Source of the DNA: an uncultured delta proteobacterium
GTDB lineage: Bacteria > Desulfobacterota > Binatia > UBA9968
Length of the DNA: 64,000 bases
Reading direction: 5' to 3'
Assembly (NCBI GenBank): GCA_963771465.1
Contig: CAVYTU010000018.1
Span: 1-64,000, forward strand
A model generated the notes under the pieces. The model ran no database searches. It worked only from the letters and a program-made list of their open reading frames with translations, and was not told where the DNA came from. Below are positions 51,901-58,773 of the stretch, in pieces; position 1 is the stretch's first letter, and each line of letters opens with the position of its first letter. A program made the position numbers and the translations under genes.

Positions 51901-54900
51901 CCGGGCGATCGAAAAACCATTCCTTGACGGTCTCGATGTCGAGGTTGAAATTCAAGAGCGGTCGGCGATCAATTTCGACTGCAGCTTGAATATTGTCGAT
52001 GATGGCGAAGATCTGTCGATCAATTGGCAGTACAACGCCGATCTTTTCGATGATGAAACGATCGAGCGCTGGCTGGATCATTATCAAACTCTATTGGCGG
52101 AAATCACCGCTGATCCGAAACGCTCATTGGCGGACCTGCCGTTGTTGACAGACGCCGAACAACACCGGCTGCTCGTGGAGTGGAACGACACCCACCGCGA
52201 ATATCCTGAAGGCCGGTGCCTCCACCAGCTATTTGAGGAGCAGGTGACACGCACACCCGAAGTGGTTGCTGTCGTTATTGACGACCAACAGCTTACCTAC
52301 GGAGAGCTCAATAGACAGGCCAACCAGCTCGCCCATCACCTACGCAAGCTAGGGGTAGGACGGGATATATTAGTCGGCCTTTGCTTAGAGCGATCCTTAG
52401 ATCTGGTCGTAGCTTGTTTGGCAATACTCAAAGCAGGTGGAGCCTACGTTCCCTTGGACTCGGAGTATCCAAAGGATCGACTGGCTTACATGATAAAGGA
52501 TACCCGAGCGCCAGTGTTGCTAACCCAACAGCACCTGGTAGAAAAACTTCCCGTGCAGAGTTCTCGGATCCTGTGTATCGACTCGGATTGTAAAGCCGTC
52601 GGTAAGGAAAGCGGGGATAACCCTGTTAACTTTTCCACACCCGAGAGCCTCGCCTACGTGATCTACACCTCTGGATCTACCGGGAGTCCGAAGGGAGTGA
52701 TGGTCTCCCACAGCGCTATCGTCAATTTCATGCTGTGGACGCAGGAGACATTTCCCCTGAACGAAACCGACCGCGTGCTGCAAAAGACACCGATCAGCTT
52801 CGACGCATCGGTGTGGGAATGCTACGCGCCACTTCTTGTCGGTGCCCGACTCGTGATGGCCCGCCCTGGTGGAAATCAGGACGGTGGTTATTTGGCCAAA
52901 CTCATTGGCGAACAAAAAATCACCGCATTGAAAGTTGTTCCCTCGCTGCTGCGTATGCTTCTCGATGAGCCGGCGCTATCCGATGCCACGAGCCTACGGC
53001 GAGTTTTCTGCGGAGGAGAGGCGTTAACGATAGAGCTTCAGCAAAAGTTTCATGCGCGGCTAACGGCCGAATTATGGAACCTTTATGGTCCCACCGAGAC
53101 GACGGTTGACGTCGTGTTTTACGAGTGTAAGCGCGACGCCCGTAGCGATCTAGTGCCCATTGGACGTCCGATAGCGAACACAGAGGTTTATATCCTGGAC
53201 TCAGAGCTAAGGCCTACTGCTGTTGGGCTTGCGGGGGAGCTCTATGTTGGAGGAACCAGCTTGGCGCGTGGCTATCTCAATCGCCCGGATTTAACCGCAG
53301 AGAAATTCATTCGCAATCCTTTCAGTGACGACCCTGGTGCGCGGCTGTATAGGACCGGAGATTTGGTCCGCTATCGATCCGATGGGAACATCGTGTATCT
53401 TGGTCGTATCGACAATCAAATCAAGCTGCGTGGCTTCCGCATCGAGCCGGGCGAGATCGAAGCGATTCTTAGTGAGCATCAGGCAGTGCGCGAGGCGATC
53501 GTCATCGCGCGTGAGGATACGGCTGGGAATAAGCGTCTGGTTGCTTATCTCGTCATGAAGGTTGGCTCTACGATCGCCGAGAACGATCTCCGGGTCCATC
53601 TGAAAAAGAAATTGCCTCAGTACATGATGCCCGCTGCATTCGTTGTGCTCCCACGTCTTCCACTTACCGCAAACGGAAAGTTAGACCGCAGAGCCTTGCC
53701 GGCGCCCGACAATCCGACTCTGTCGGCAAATACGCCATGTGTCGCGCCACGCAACGATGTCGAGCGCCTCATCGAGCGCATCTGGTGCGACGTGCTCGGG
53801 ATCCAGCGGCTCGGCATTGAAGAAAATTTCTTTGACATCGGCGGGCATTCTATTCTCGCAACTCGAGCCATGGCTCGACTGCGGCAAGAGTGCCAAATAA
53901 ATCTGCCGCTCAGAGCGCTGTTTGAATGTCCGACCATCGCCGAACTTGGTGCCAGACTCTTAGCGGAACTTGGAGCGAATGATGCGGCGGCCGCCAAAGC
54001 AGACCAGATGTACTCCCATCTATTCGAACTTAAATCCGGCGATCCGAAGAAGCCTGTGTTTTTTCTGCCCGGCGGTATCGGTGGCGACGAAGAATTCCTG
54101 GTGTATGCCAGGTTCCTGCATCATGTCGATACGGATCACAAATTTTACGGGATGCGGTCGCGGAGCGCGAACGGAATCCTTAAGTGTCAGTCGAGCGTCG
54201 CCCAGATGGCCGCAGACTACATTCGCGAGATTCAAAAGCTTCAACCTCGCGGGCCGTACTCCATCGTCGGGAATTGCATCGGTGGCATCGTCGCGTACGA
54301 GATCGCCCGTCAGCTGGAGGCGCAAGGACAGAAAATCGCTTTGCTAGCTCTGATGGATACCAATAGACCGTCGTTAAGTCTCTATCTAAGTTACCGCTGG
54401 AAGCGCATCGGCGAAATTAAAATGCTGATCGCCCCTTGGCATCGCTTCAAGAATTCTTATTATCTGGCACGGGCCCGCTATCATGGGCGCAAGATATGTG
54501 GCCTGCGTTGGCACGACCTGTTGCCGTATTCATGCTCACGGCTGGCAACGGTGATCCAAGCGGTGCAACAGCCGCATGCGCAAAAAAAGGCCGAGCCGTA
54601 TCGTGATATGGATCTTCCCACTAAATGCAGACCTGCAATTCAGGATACCTATGAACGAGCGCTGCGTCGTTATCGGCCTGGACCCTTCCATGGACGAATG
54701 ACGCTGATCGTGAACCAGGAAGCTCACCGCCGAAATCCGGACCTCGGCTGGTCGAATCTCGTTTCGGAAGGAATCGAAATTTACAAAGCGCGCGGTGATC
54801 ACGAGAGCTATATCCGAGAACACGTACAGGCGGTGGCCGAACAACTAGAATCAATTCTGGCAAAGTCGGAAATAGACCCTCCGGGCCGCGTCGGCAATAA

Positions 54901-54979
54901 GTCAATTCCTCAGGACGCGATACGGAAAGGGTTGGGCTGGAGTCAATTTGATCCGGCGACGAGTTGGTTTATGCTTTAG
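45992..54979 (+). CDS. Hybrid PKS/NRPS KS-AT-ACP-aminotransferase-C-A-PCP-TE
   Basis: TACSSS/HGT/NIGH; GHSLG, HAFH; LGLDSL; FDEIVTGFR..TYGK; HHAAVDG; YTSGSTGSPKG; GGHSI; GNCIGG. Confidence 0.95.
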   Translation: MSHSEHYDPKAGIAIVGMAGRFPGANNIDEFWRNLVAGVESISHFTEAELEFSPLEDAGLRRDSNYVKARGTIDNADLFDAAFFGINPREAETMDPQQRVFLETAWVALEHAGYDARMFKGLIGIFAGMSNNSYFPLLTAAGGVDRAASLQAMLGNEKDYLTTRVSYHLNLRGPSISVQTACSSSLVAVYQAFQSLLGYQCDMALAGGVSVVVPQKRGYLHYEGAITSPDGHCRAFDAAAQGTVFSNGAGIVVLKRLQDALDDGDQIFAVIKGAAVNNDGSDRVSFAAPNVNGQSEAIAMAQALAGFDPETISYIEAHGTATPLGDPIEIAGLTQAFRLGTDGNGFCAIGSVKTNIGHLDVAAGVAGLIKTALALKHKKIPASLHYKSPNPKIDFANTPFYVNAELSDWPAGTTPRRAGVSSFGSGGTNAHVLLEEAPALEPSAAARSAELIVLSAKTAEALDRTTKDLAEHLANHPELNLGDVAHTLHCGRSAFAHRRMVVCRDLADGADALRSMNPKRVVTNHNEHKAPSIAFMFPGQGAQYVNMGRGLYEESSFFRNQVAECAESLAAKLGLDIRTVLYPAAAHRERAEELLSQASITQPALFVVEYALARLWIEWGIEPSFVVGHSLGEYVAACLAGVFSRDDALNLVVERARLVQSLPSGSMLAIRLSASEVERSLSKELSIAAINSPTLTVVSGLVEAIQTLENELTTEKIPCRRLVTSHAFHSAMLDPILPPFREIVRGIRLGEPRLPWVSTLTGAIITVAEAMDPEYWVRQLREPVHFADSVGVLLKDEVHALLEVGPGQGLATLARQHPSKRPDQEIFLSLLSSQTAGGDLDGMLNSLGRLWLAGAEVDGSRMDDEKRRLRVALPSYPFDRKRFWPSVRRLAGDEKNPPPEARNGKISLPVVAPPAAAMIAEPNDVSAFHDLNGVAPTRCHREDVLERLQTLFSEISGIAAEDLLPHASFLELGLDSLLLTQASAALLKRFGVKVSFRQLLEELSSLETLADHLAASIPQSEEMHKRVARPPVCNQREMNDQPSVVGSPAVFGALPADLFSLAQIANSDGTALERIFARQLDLMQQQLDMLKTSGGVNPGGNIAVNSAPKASSSKIEPIATLAAAGEVGRRPIGEKGFGPYKPIQTGKQHQLTERQQQYLNDFIARYTTLTRKSKILTAEHRAHLADPRTVAGFRSTWKELIYPVVTERSAGSKLWDVDGNEYIDLTNGFGAILFGHGPEFVTTALQEQIKKGMEIGPQSPLAGEVAALLCELTGMERAAFCNTGSEAVLAALRIARTVTGRDKIAMFTGDYHGIFDEVVVRAVGGTKSRPAAPGIPSSMAENVIVLEYGDPASLPILRDHAHELAAVIVEPVQSRRLDLQPKEFLRELRELTARAGTALIFDEIVTGFRSHLGGAQAIFDVRADIATYGKVIGGGLPIGIVAGKAEFMDALDGGPWMFGDDSAPEVGMTFFAGTFMRHPLALAATKACLTHLKEKSPELQERLSHRTKNLVDGLLAHAKELQIPVRITHFSSLFAFEFPPELPLASLFYPMMRARGIHIWEGRLGILTTAHTDQDIDRILVAFRDCLAEMQHAEFLPIAAVGENSDDRADADEDGADSVIAATDGQREIWLAAQMSDDASRAFTDCLTVELRGPLQIVALNRAIQELVTRHDSLRMTFSDDGESLWVTPQVEIDLPVIDLGPVNLEERSQRLAQIVTEQRTKTFDLSREFMLRSVVLRMAADHHVLVMTTHHAAVDGWSFGVLLAELGRLYSAKCRSEVSALPSAPQFATYARREIAARRSEEWNATEKFWLDQFTTLPPPLELPLDRPRANVKSYLARRRHVVLPSARGRELRRFAAQHGATLFSTLLAAFNVLLHRLSGQDDIVVGISVAGQLAGDTPDLVGHCVNFLPLRHRIDANRSFTTYLSAVKSLVLDAHDHQSYTYGSLLRKLKLPRDGGRAPLMSASFNLDRAIEKPFLDGLDVEVEIQERSAINFDCSLNIVDDGEDLSINWQYNADLFDDETIERWLDHYQTLLAEITADPKRSLADLPLLTDAEQHRLLVEWNDTHREYPEGRCLHQLFEEQVTRTPEVVAVVIDDQQLTYGELNRQANQLAHHLRKLGVGRDILVGLCLERSLDLVVACLAILKAGGAYVPLDSEYPKDRLAYMIKDTRAPVLLTQQHLVEKLPVQSSRILCIDSDCKAVGKESGDNPVNFSTPESLAYVIYTSGSTGSPKGVMVSHSAIVNFMLWTQETFPLNETDRVLQKTPISFDASVWECYAPLLVGARLVMARPGGNQDGGYLAKLIGEQKITALKVVPSLLRMLLDEPALSDATSLRRVFCGGEALTIELQQKFHARLTAELWNLYGPTETTVDVVFYECKRDARSDLVPIGRPIANTEVYILDSELRPTAVGLAGELYVGGTSLARGYLNRPDLTAEKFIRNPFSDDPGARLYRTGDLVRYRSDGNIVYLGRIDNQIKLRGFRIEPGEIEAILSEHQAVREAIVIAREDTAGNKRLVAYLVMKVGSTIAENDLRVHLKKKLPQYMMPAAFVVLPRLPLTANGKLDRRALPAPDNPTLSANTPCVAPRNDVERLIERIWCDVLGIQRLGIEENFFDIGGHSILATRAMARLRQECQINLPLRALFECPTIAELGARLLAELGANDAAAAKADQMYSHLFELKSGDPKKPVFFLPGGIGGDEEFLVYARFLHHVDTDHKFYGMRSRSANGILKCQSSVAQMAADYIREIQKLQPRGPYSIVGNCIGGIVAYEIARQLEAQGQKIALLALMDTNRPSLSLYLSYRWKRIGEIKMLIAPWHRFKNSYYLARARYHGRKICGLRWHDLLPYSCSRLATVIQAVQQPHAQKKAEPYRDMDLPTKCRPAIQDTYERALRRYRPGPFHGRMTLIVNQEAHRRNPDLGWSNLVSEGIEIYKARGDHESYIREHVQAVAEQLESILAKSEIDPPGRVGNKSIPQDAIRKGLGWSQFDPATSWFML

Positions 54980-54997
54980 ACACAATCGAGTTTTTCA

Positions 54998-55081
54998 TGG
55001 CAGCGGGGAGGGACTTCAACCCTCACAGAATTACCTACCCGATTTTGAGTCCGTGCGCGTCTGTCATTCCACCACTCCGGC
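54998..55081 (-). pseudogene. Degenerate tRNA-Leu(CAA)
   Basis: Minus strand GCCGGAGTGGTGGAATGACAGACGCGCACGGA-CTCAAAA-TCGGG...GAGGG-TTGAAGT-CCCTC-CCCGCTGCCA; acceptor and anticodon stems mispaired. Confidence 0.75.
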
Positions 55082-55240
55082 ATGGAATTAGGGGTAGCCA
55101 ACCATTAATTATGGCATTCGAGTCATCCCCGTCGCGGCGTCCCCGGCCAGATCGTAAACCCCTCCTGAGGGATGGGAGTTTGTTGCTGGATAGTGCTATT
55201 GATAGGTGAGTTCAGAAACGTATCGCATGGAGGAACTAAA

Positions 55241-55372
55241 ATGAATCAGAATGCTAAACGTAACTTGCAGCACCGTAAGCGCCAAGTGGCGCGGCTGGCT
55301 AAACGCGAGTATTTTAGAAAAAAGAAGGAAGCCCTCAATGTGCCAGCTGCCGGGAAGGATAAATCGGCCTAA
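55241..55372 (+). CDS. Small highly basic peptide (43 aa)
   Basis: RBS ggagg; MNQNAKRNLQHRKRQVARLAKREYFRKKK. Confidence 0.55.
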   Translation: MNQNAKRNLQHRKRQVARLAKREYFRKKKEALNVPAAGKDKSA

Positions 55373-55438
55373 ACAGGTCTTCGAGCAGAAAAAGCAAGGC
55401 TACGTTGAATTGAAACAGCGCTACGGACTGGCGCTTTT

Positions 55439-55666
55439 TCAGAGCTCCCTCAACAGCCCATTTTCAACCTTCTCAAAGTCGCCTTTGGAAATTCCACAGG
55501 CATCGAGAACGCGCTGTAATTTACCGGAACGACTAAATACAAAACCAAGTTTGCTCTCTGCTCGTATCAGGCGACAGATCATGCCGCATATTTGAAGGGC
55601 ATCTCTGTTGTCCCCTGACTTCGGGTAATATTCCGCCCAAACCCGCCCTATCTCTTTGTCATTCAT
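55439..55666 (-). CDS. Small hypothetical protein
   Basis: RBS gagggag before MNDKEIG. Confidence 0.5.
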   Translation of the reverse strand: MNDKEIGRVWAEYYPKSGDNRDALQICGMICRLIRAESKLGFVFSRSGKLQRVLDACGISKGDFEKVENGLLREL

Positions 55667-55809
55667 TGTTTCTCCCTCGGGTTTGACCCCGTCGCCGAGA
55701 AATTTGGTGCGGTAGCAGGACAAAAGCAAGGAGCAGAAAGCAAAGCGCGATACCCGGGACTTCTATACGCTATGCTCCTGCTCCTTGGGGATCACAATCC
55801 TGTTACTTG

Positions 55810-56061
55810 TTAGTCGGCATCGCGATCGCTATCTCCACTGCGCCGTGCGTAGCGATTGTCGTAGTAGCGACCATAACGCCAATCGTAACGGCGATCATCG
55901 CGCCGATCGTAATCACGATCATAAGCTCGATCATAGCGGTCCCCACGCCGACCGTAGTCGTAACGATCATAGCGGTCGTAGTAGTAACAGCCGGCGACGA
56001 ACGATGTGAGCGACGCTAAAAGCGCCATCAGGGCAATTGATTGAATATTGTAACGTTTCAT
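55810..56061 (-). CDS. Small R/D/Y-rich lipoprotein, copy 2
   Basis: Paralog of 26007..26243; degenerate sigma54 motif at 56107-56121. Confidence 0.8.
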   Translation of the reverse strand: MKRYNIQSIALMALLASLTSFVAGCYYYDRYDRYDYGRRGDRYDRAYDRDYDRRDDRRYDWRYGRYYDNRYARRSGDSDRDAD

Positions 56062-56147
56062 AAAAACACCTCCTGGCATATGAATTGTTATCTGTCCTGA
56101 GGTTAGGCAGGGCTCATCCCTGAAAGCTTTGGCTCACCGCCGCGCCG

Positions 56148-56384
56148 TCACACCAACTGGTTAATATGCCGGCGGCCAATGACGAAAGCGCTTTTGAGCA
56201 TGTGGCGAAGGATCTCGCAGGTCTCTTCGCAGCCTTCGGAATTCTCCAATAACTGAAGTCCATTTTGAAGAACGGTCCCGAGCAAGGTTAACTCATAGGA
56301 AGCCGCTTGATTTTCAATGGGAGTATTCAACATCTCTTGGAGCTGTAAAACCGCAGCTTCAGTTGGCTCGTTAAGTTGTTCCAT
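56148..56384 (-). CDS. Small hypothetical protein
   Basis: RBS ggagg before MEQLNEP; sigma54 motif upstream. Confidence 0.6.
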   Translation of the reverse strand: MEQLNEPTEAAVLQLQEMLNTPIENQAASYELTLLGTVLQNGLQLLENSEGCEETCEILRHMLKSAFVIGRRHINQLV

Positions 56385-56413
56385 ATCGCACCTCCGTTCT
56401 ACGAGCTGATTGA

Positions 56414-56428
56414 GCAATGCACGTGCCT
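56414..56428 (-). promoter_or_regulatory. sigma54 -24/-12 motif
   Basis: AGGCAC-GTGCA-TTGC. Confidence 0.7.
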
Positions 56429-56763
56429 GTCCCTCTATCGGTGTAAAAAAATATAATTTCGACGAATTTGCTGGTCGTGCACTAAAAAATCTCATCAATG
56501 GCACACTGTGGCGATTAACCGAGGTTCGCTGTAGGAGTTTTTCTTCGTAGTTTTCTCCCACAGTGCAACACGCAGGCACGTTCCGATGGTTCGACAAGCT
56601 CAGCATTCATTTTTTAAACACGTCGGTCCTTTTCAAAACGTTGAAGACTTGCGGCACAAATTTTTTGGGCAGCGGTGCCGAGAAGAGAATCTTCGCTGGA
56701 AGGTTTTTCCATACAAGATTGCCTTATTCTTTCGATCCGCTTTGAAAAAACTACGGTTTTTTA

Positions 56764-56778
56764 TGGAACAGAACTTGC
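56764..56778 (+). promoter_or_regulatory. sigma54 -24/-12 motif
   Basis: TGGAAC-AGAAC-TTGC upstream of 56813. Confidence 0.65.
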
Positions 56779-56812
56779 GACTAGCCTAACTAGCTTTTTG
56801 AGGAGGTGTTTT

Positions 56813-57067
56813 ATGACTAACGTTTTGAAAAAACCGATCACGCGCGCGCTTATTGGCTTGTCGTTGGTGTCGGTTGTCGCGGGTTGCGGAACACTGACCG
56901 GGGCTACGCTTGGCGGCGCGGCGGGTGCGGGAATTGGCGCGGCGACTCATTCGAATGTTGGTAGAAGCGCAGCCATCGGCGCGGGCGTCGGCGGCGCGGC
57001 AGGCGCGATCTATGACCTTTCTTCGTACAACAACCGGCGTTACCGCGAACGCGATTATTACGATTAG
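56813..57067 (+). CDS. Glycine-zipper lipoprotein
   Basis: RBS gaggagg, lipobox VAGC, GGAAGAGIGA..AAIGAGVGGAAGA. Confidence 0.85.
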   Translation: MTNVLKKPITRALIGLSLVSVVAGCGTLTGATLGGAAGAGIGAATHSNVGRSAAIGAGVGGAAGAIYDLSSYNNRRYRERDYYD

Positions 57068-57208
57068 GGAAAACTTAGCACGTCAACTCTGCCGACATTG
57101 GGGCTTCCGTCGCTTGCGTCGTTGGAGCACAGCACATGTCGGCAGACCGGTGAGTTACGCCCATGGTCGACTGATCAGCGCCGACAACACGCTAAAGAGC
57201 AACAAATT

Positions 57209-58540
57209 ATGACGCACGAAGTTCAACCGAGACAGACACCTGGGGTTTTCACCAGGAGCTTTTATTTCGCCGTGGCGGTATTGATCGCGTTGAATCTTTT
57301 CGCGCGCTCGATCGAAGCTGCGGGCTATCAATATCCGTATCACGATCCTTACCTAGCGACGGCGACTAGTGCTATTTTAAACGACGATGGCGCCACCGCG
57401 CAGGTTGATTCCACCATCATTCATGTGCCCGGGCTCCCAGGCAGAAACCGTTTGCCAACTCTCGAAGGACGCGGTGACGTAAGTCTTGCTTTGTATCGCC
57501 AAAGCCGAGCAGCACCGCTGCTTTTTATTCTCGCGGGTCTCGGCTCCAGCCCCTATTTTGGCGTTGCGCCGTATTTAGCGAGCTTGTTCTATCGAGAAGG
57601 CTTCCATGTGGTGATTTTACCTTCGCCGATGAGTTGGAATTTTGCATTGTCGGCCAGCCGCAACGGCGCGCCGGGTTATGCGCCGGAGGACGCGCGTGAT
57701 TTATATGAAGTCATGCAAAAAACTCTGACGACCGTGAGATCACGGTATGCCGTCAAGACTAGCTCGATTAACTTCATAGGAGTTAGCCTGGGCGCACTCC
57801 AAGGCGCCTATCTCAGCGTGATCGATGCCGACGCGGGAAAGATCGGCGTCAATAAGTATCTCCTCGTCAACCCGCCGGTGGATCTCGCTTACGCCGTCAA
57901 GACAATTGATGAATGGGGCGGCTTGAAAGAAAAATTCGGCAGGGAGAAATCTCAGGGAATCGTCTCCAAAGCGCTTGCCATCGTCAATTCCTTTGCCGAG
58001 GAACGCCAGGACAAACCTGCGGTCTTCGAACGATTGGCCAAGAAGTTGCGTGGCTTCACGAAGGAAGAGTTCCAATACCTCATCGCCGAGAATTTACAGA
58101 GCCAACTGCCTGAGCTCATTTACGTGACCCAAATCATCCACGATCAGAAGTTGCTTACAGCGCCGAAAGACGACAAGAGAAAACGGCTGGAGGAAGCTAA
58201 GGATTTCACGTATACGAAATACAACCAGCTAATTGGCATGCCCTGGTGGCAAAAACAAATCGGCGATCCACAAGCCGATCTGGATGACTTCATGCAGCGC
58301 GGTTCTTTGGCAGCCATAGTCGATCGGCTGCGCGACAACCCCAAAGTGCACATCCTTCACAATGCCGATGATGTCTTGGGCGAGAGAAAATCCATCCAAG
58401 CGCTGAAAGATAACTTGGGCGACCGAGTGACGCTCTTCCCCTACGGCGGACATCTCGGCAACCTCTGGTACTCGGAAAATAAAGAATTCGCTGTCAGATA
58501 CTTCCAGCCGCAGGCTTACGCGCATACGCATAATAATTGA
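57209..58540 (+). CDS. Secreted alpha/beta hydrolase, copy 2
   Basis: Paralog of 26504..27769; GVSLG, HNADD, GGHLGN. Confidence 0.8.
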   Translation: MTHEVQPRQTPGVFTRSFYFAVAVLIALNLFARSIEAAGYQYPYHDPYLATATSAILNDDGATAQVDSTIIHVPGLPGRNRLPTLEGRGDVSLALYRQSRAAPLLFILAGLGSSPYFGVAPYLASLFYREGFHVVILPSPMSWNFALSASRNGAPGYAPEDARDLYEVMQKTLTTVRSRYAVKTSSINFIGVSLGALQGAYLSVIDADAGKIGVNKYLLVNPPVDLAYAVKTIDEWGGLKEKFGREKSQGIVSKALAIVNSFAEERQDKPAVFERLAKKLRGFTKEEFQYLIAENLQSQLPELIYVTQIIHDQKLLTAPKDDKRKRLEEAKDFTYTKYNQLIGMPWWQKQIGDPQADLDDFMQRGSLAAIVDRLRDNPKVHILHNADDVLGERKSIQALKDNLGDRVTLFPYGGHLGNLWYSENKEFAVRYFQPQAYAHTHNN

Positions 58541-58773
58541 CGCGTTGTCTTGACGCCGTCCACCGTTTCTTTTCCTTCCTCGAATATTGCAGCGTGCCAT
58601 CGCTGGCATCCCTGCCAGCCGGTAATTTGCCGTTGCAATAGCGTCGCAGCGCGTGAGCGTGCTCACCCGGTTGACGGACTCGGTGTCATTTCGTATGTTG
58701 CCATGAGTGATCTGCTGATCGTTAAGCAGCGGCGCGAAAACCTTTACTTTCCAACTCAAGAAGGGGAACTCCC

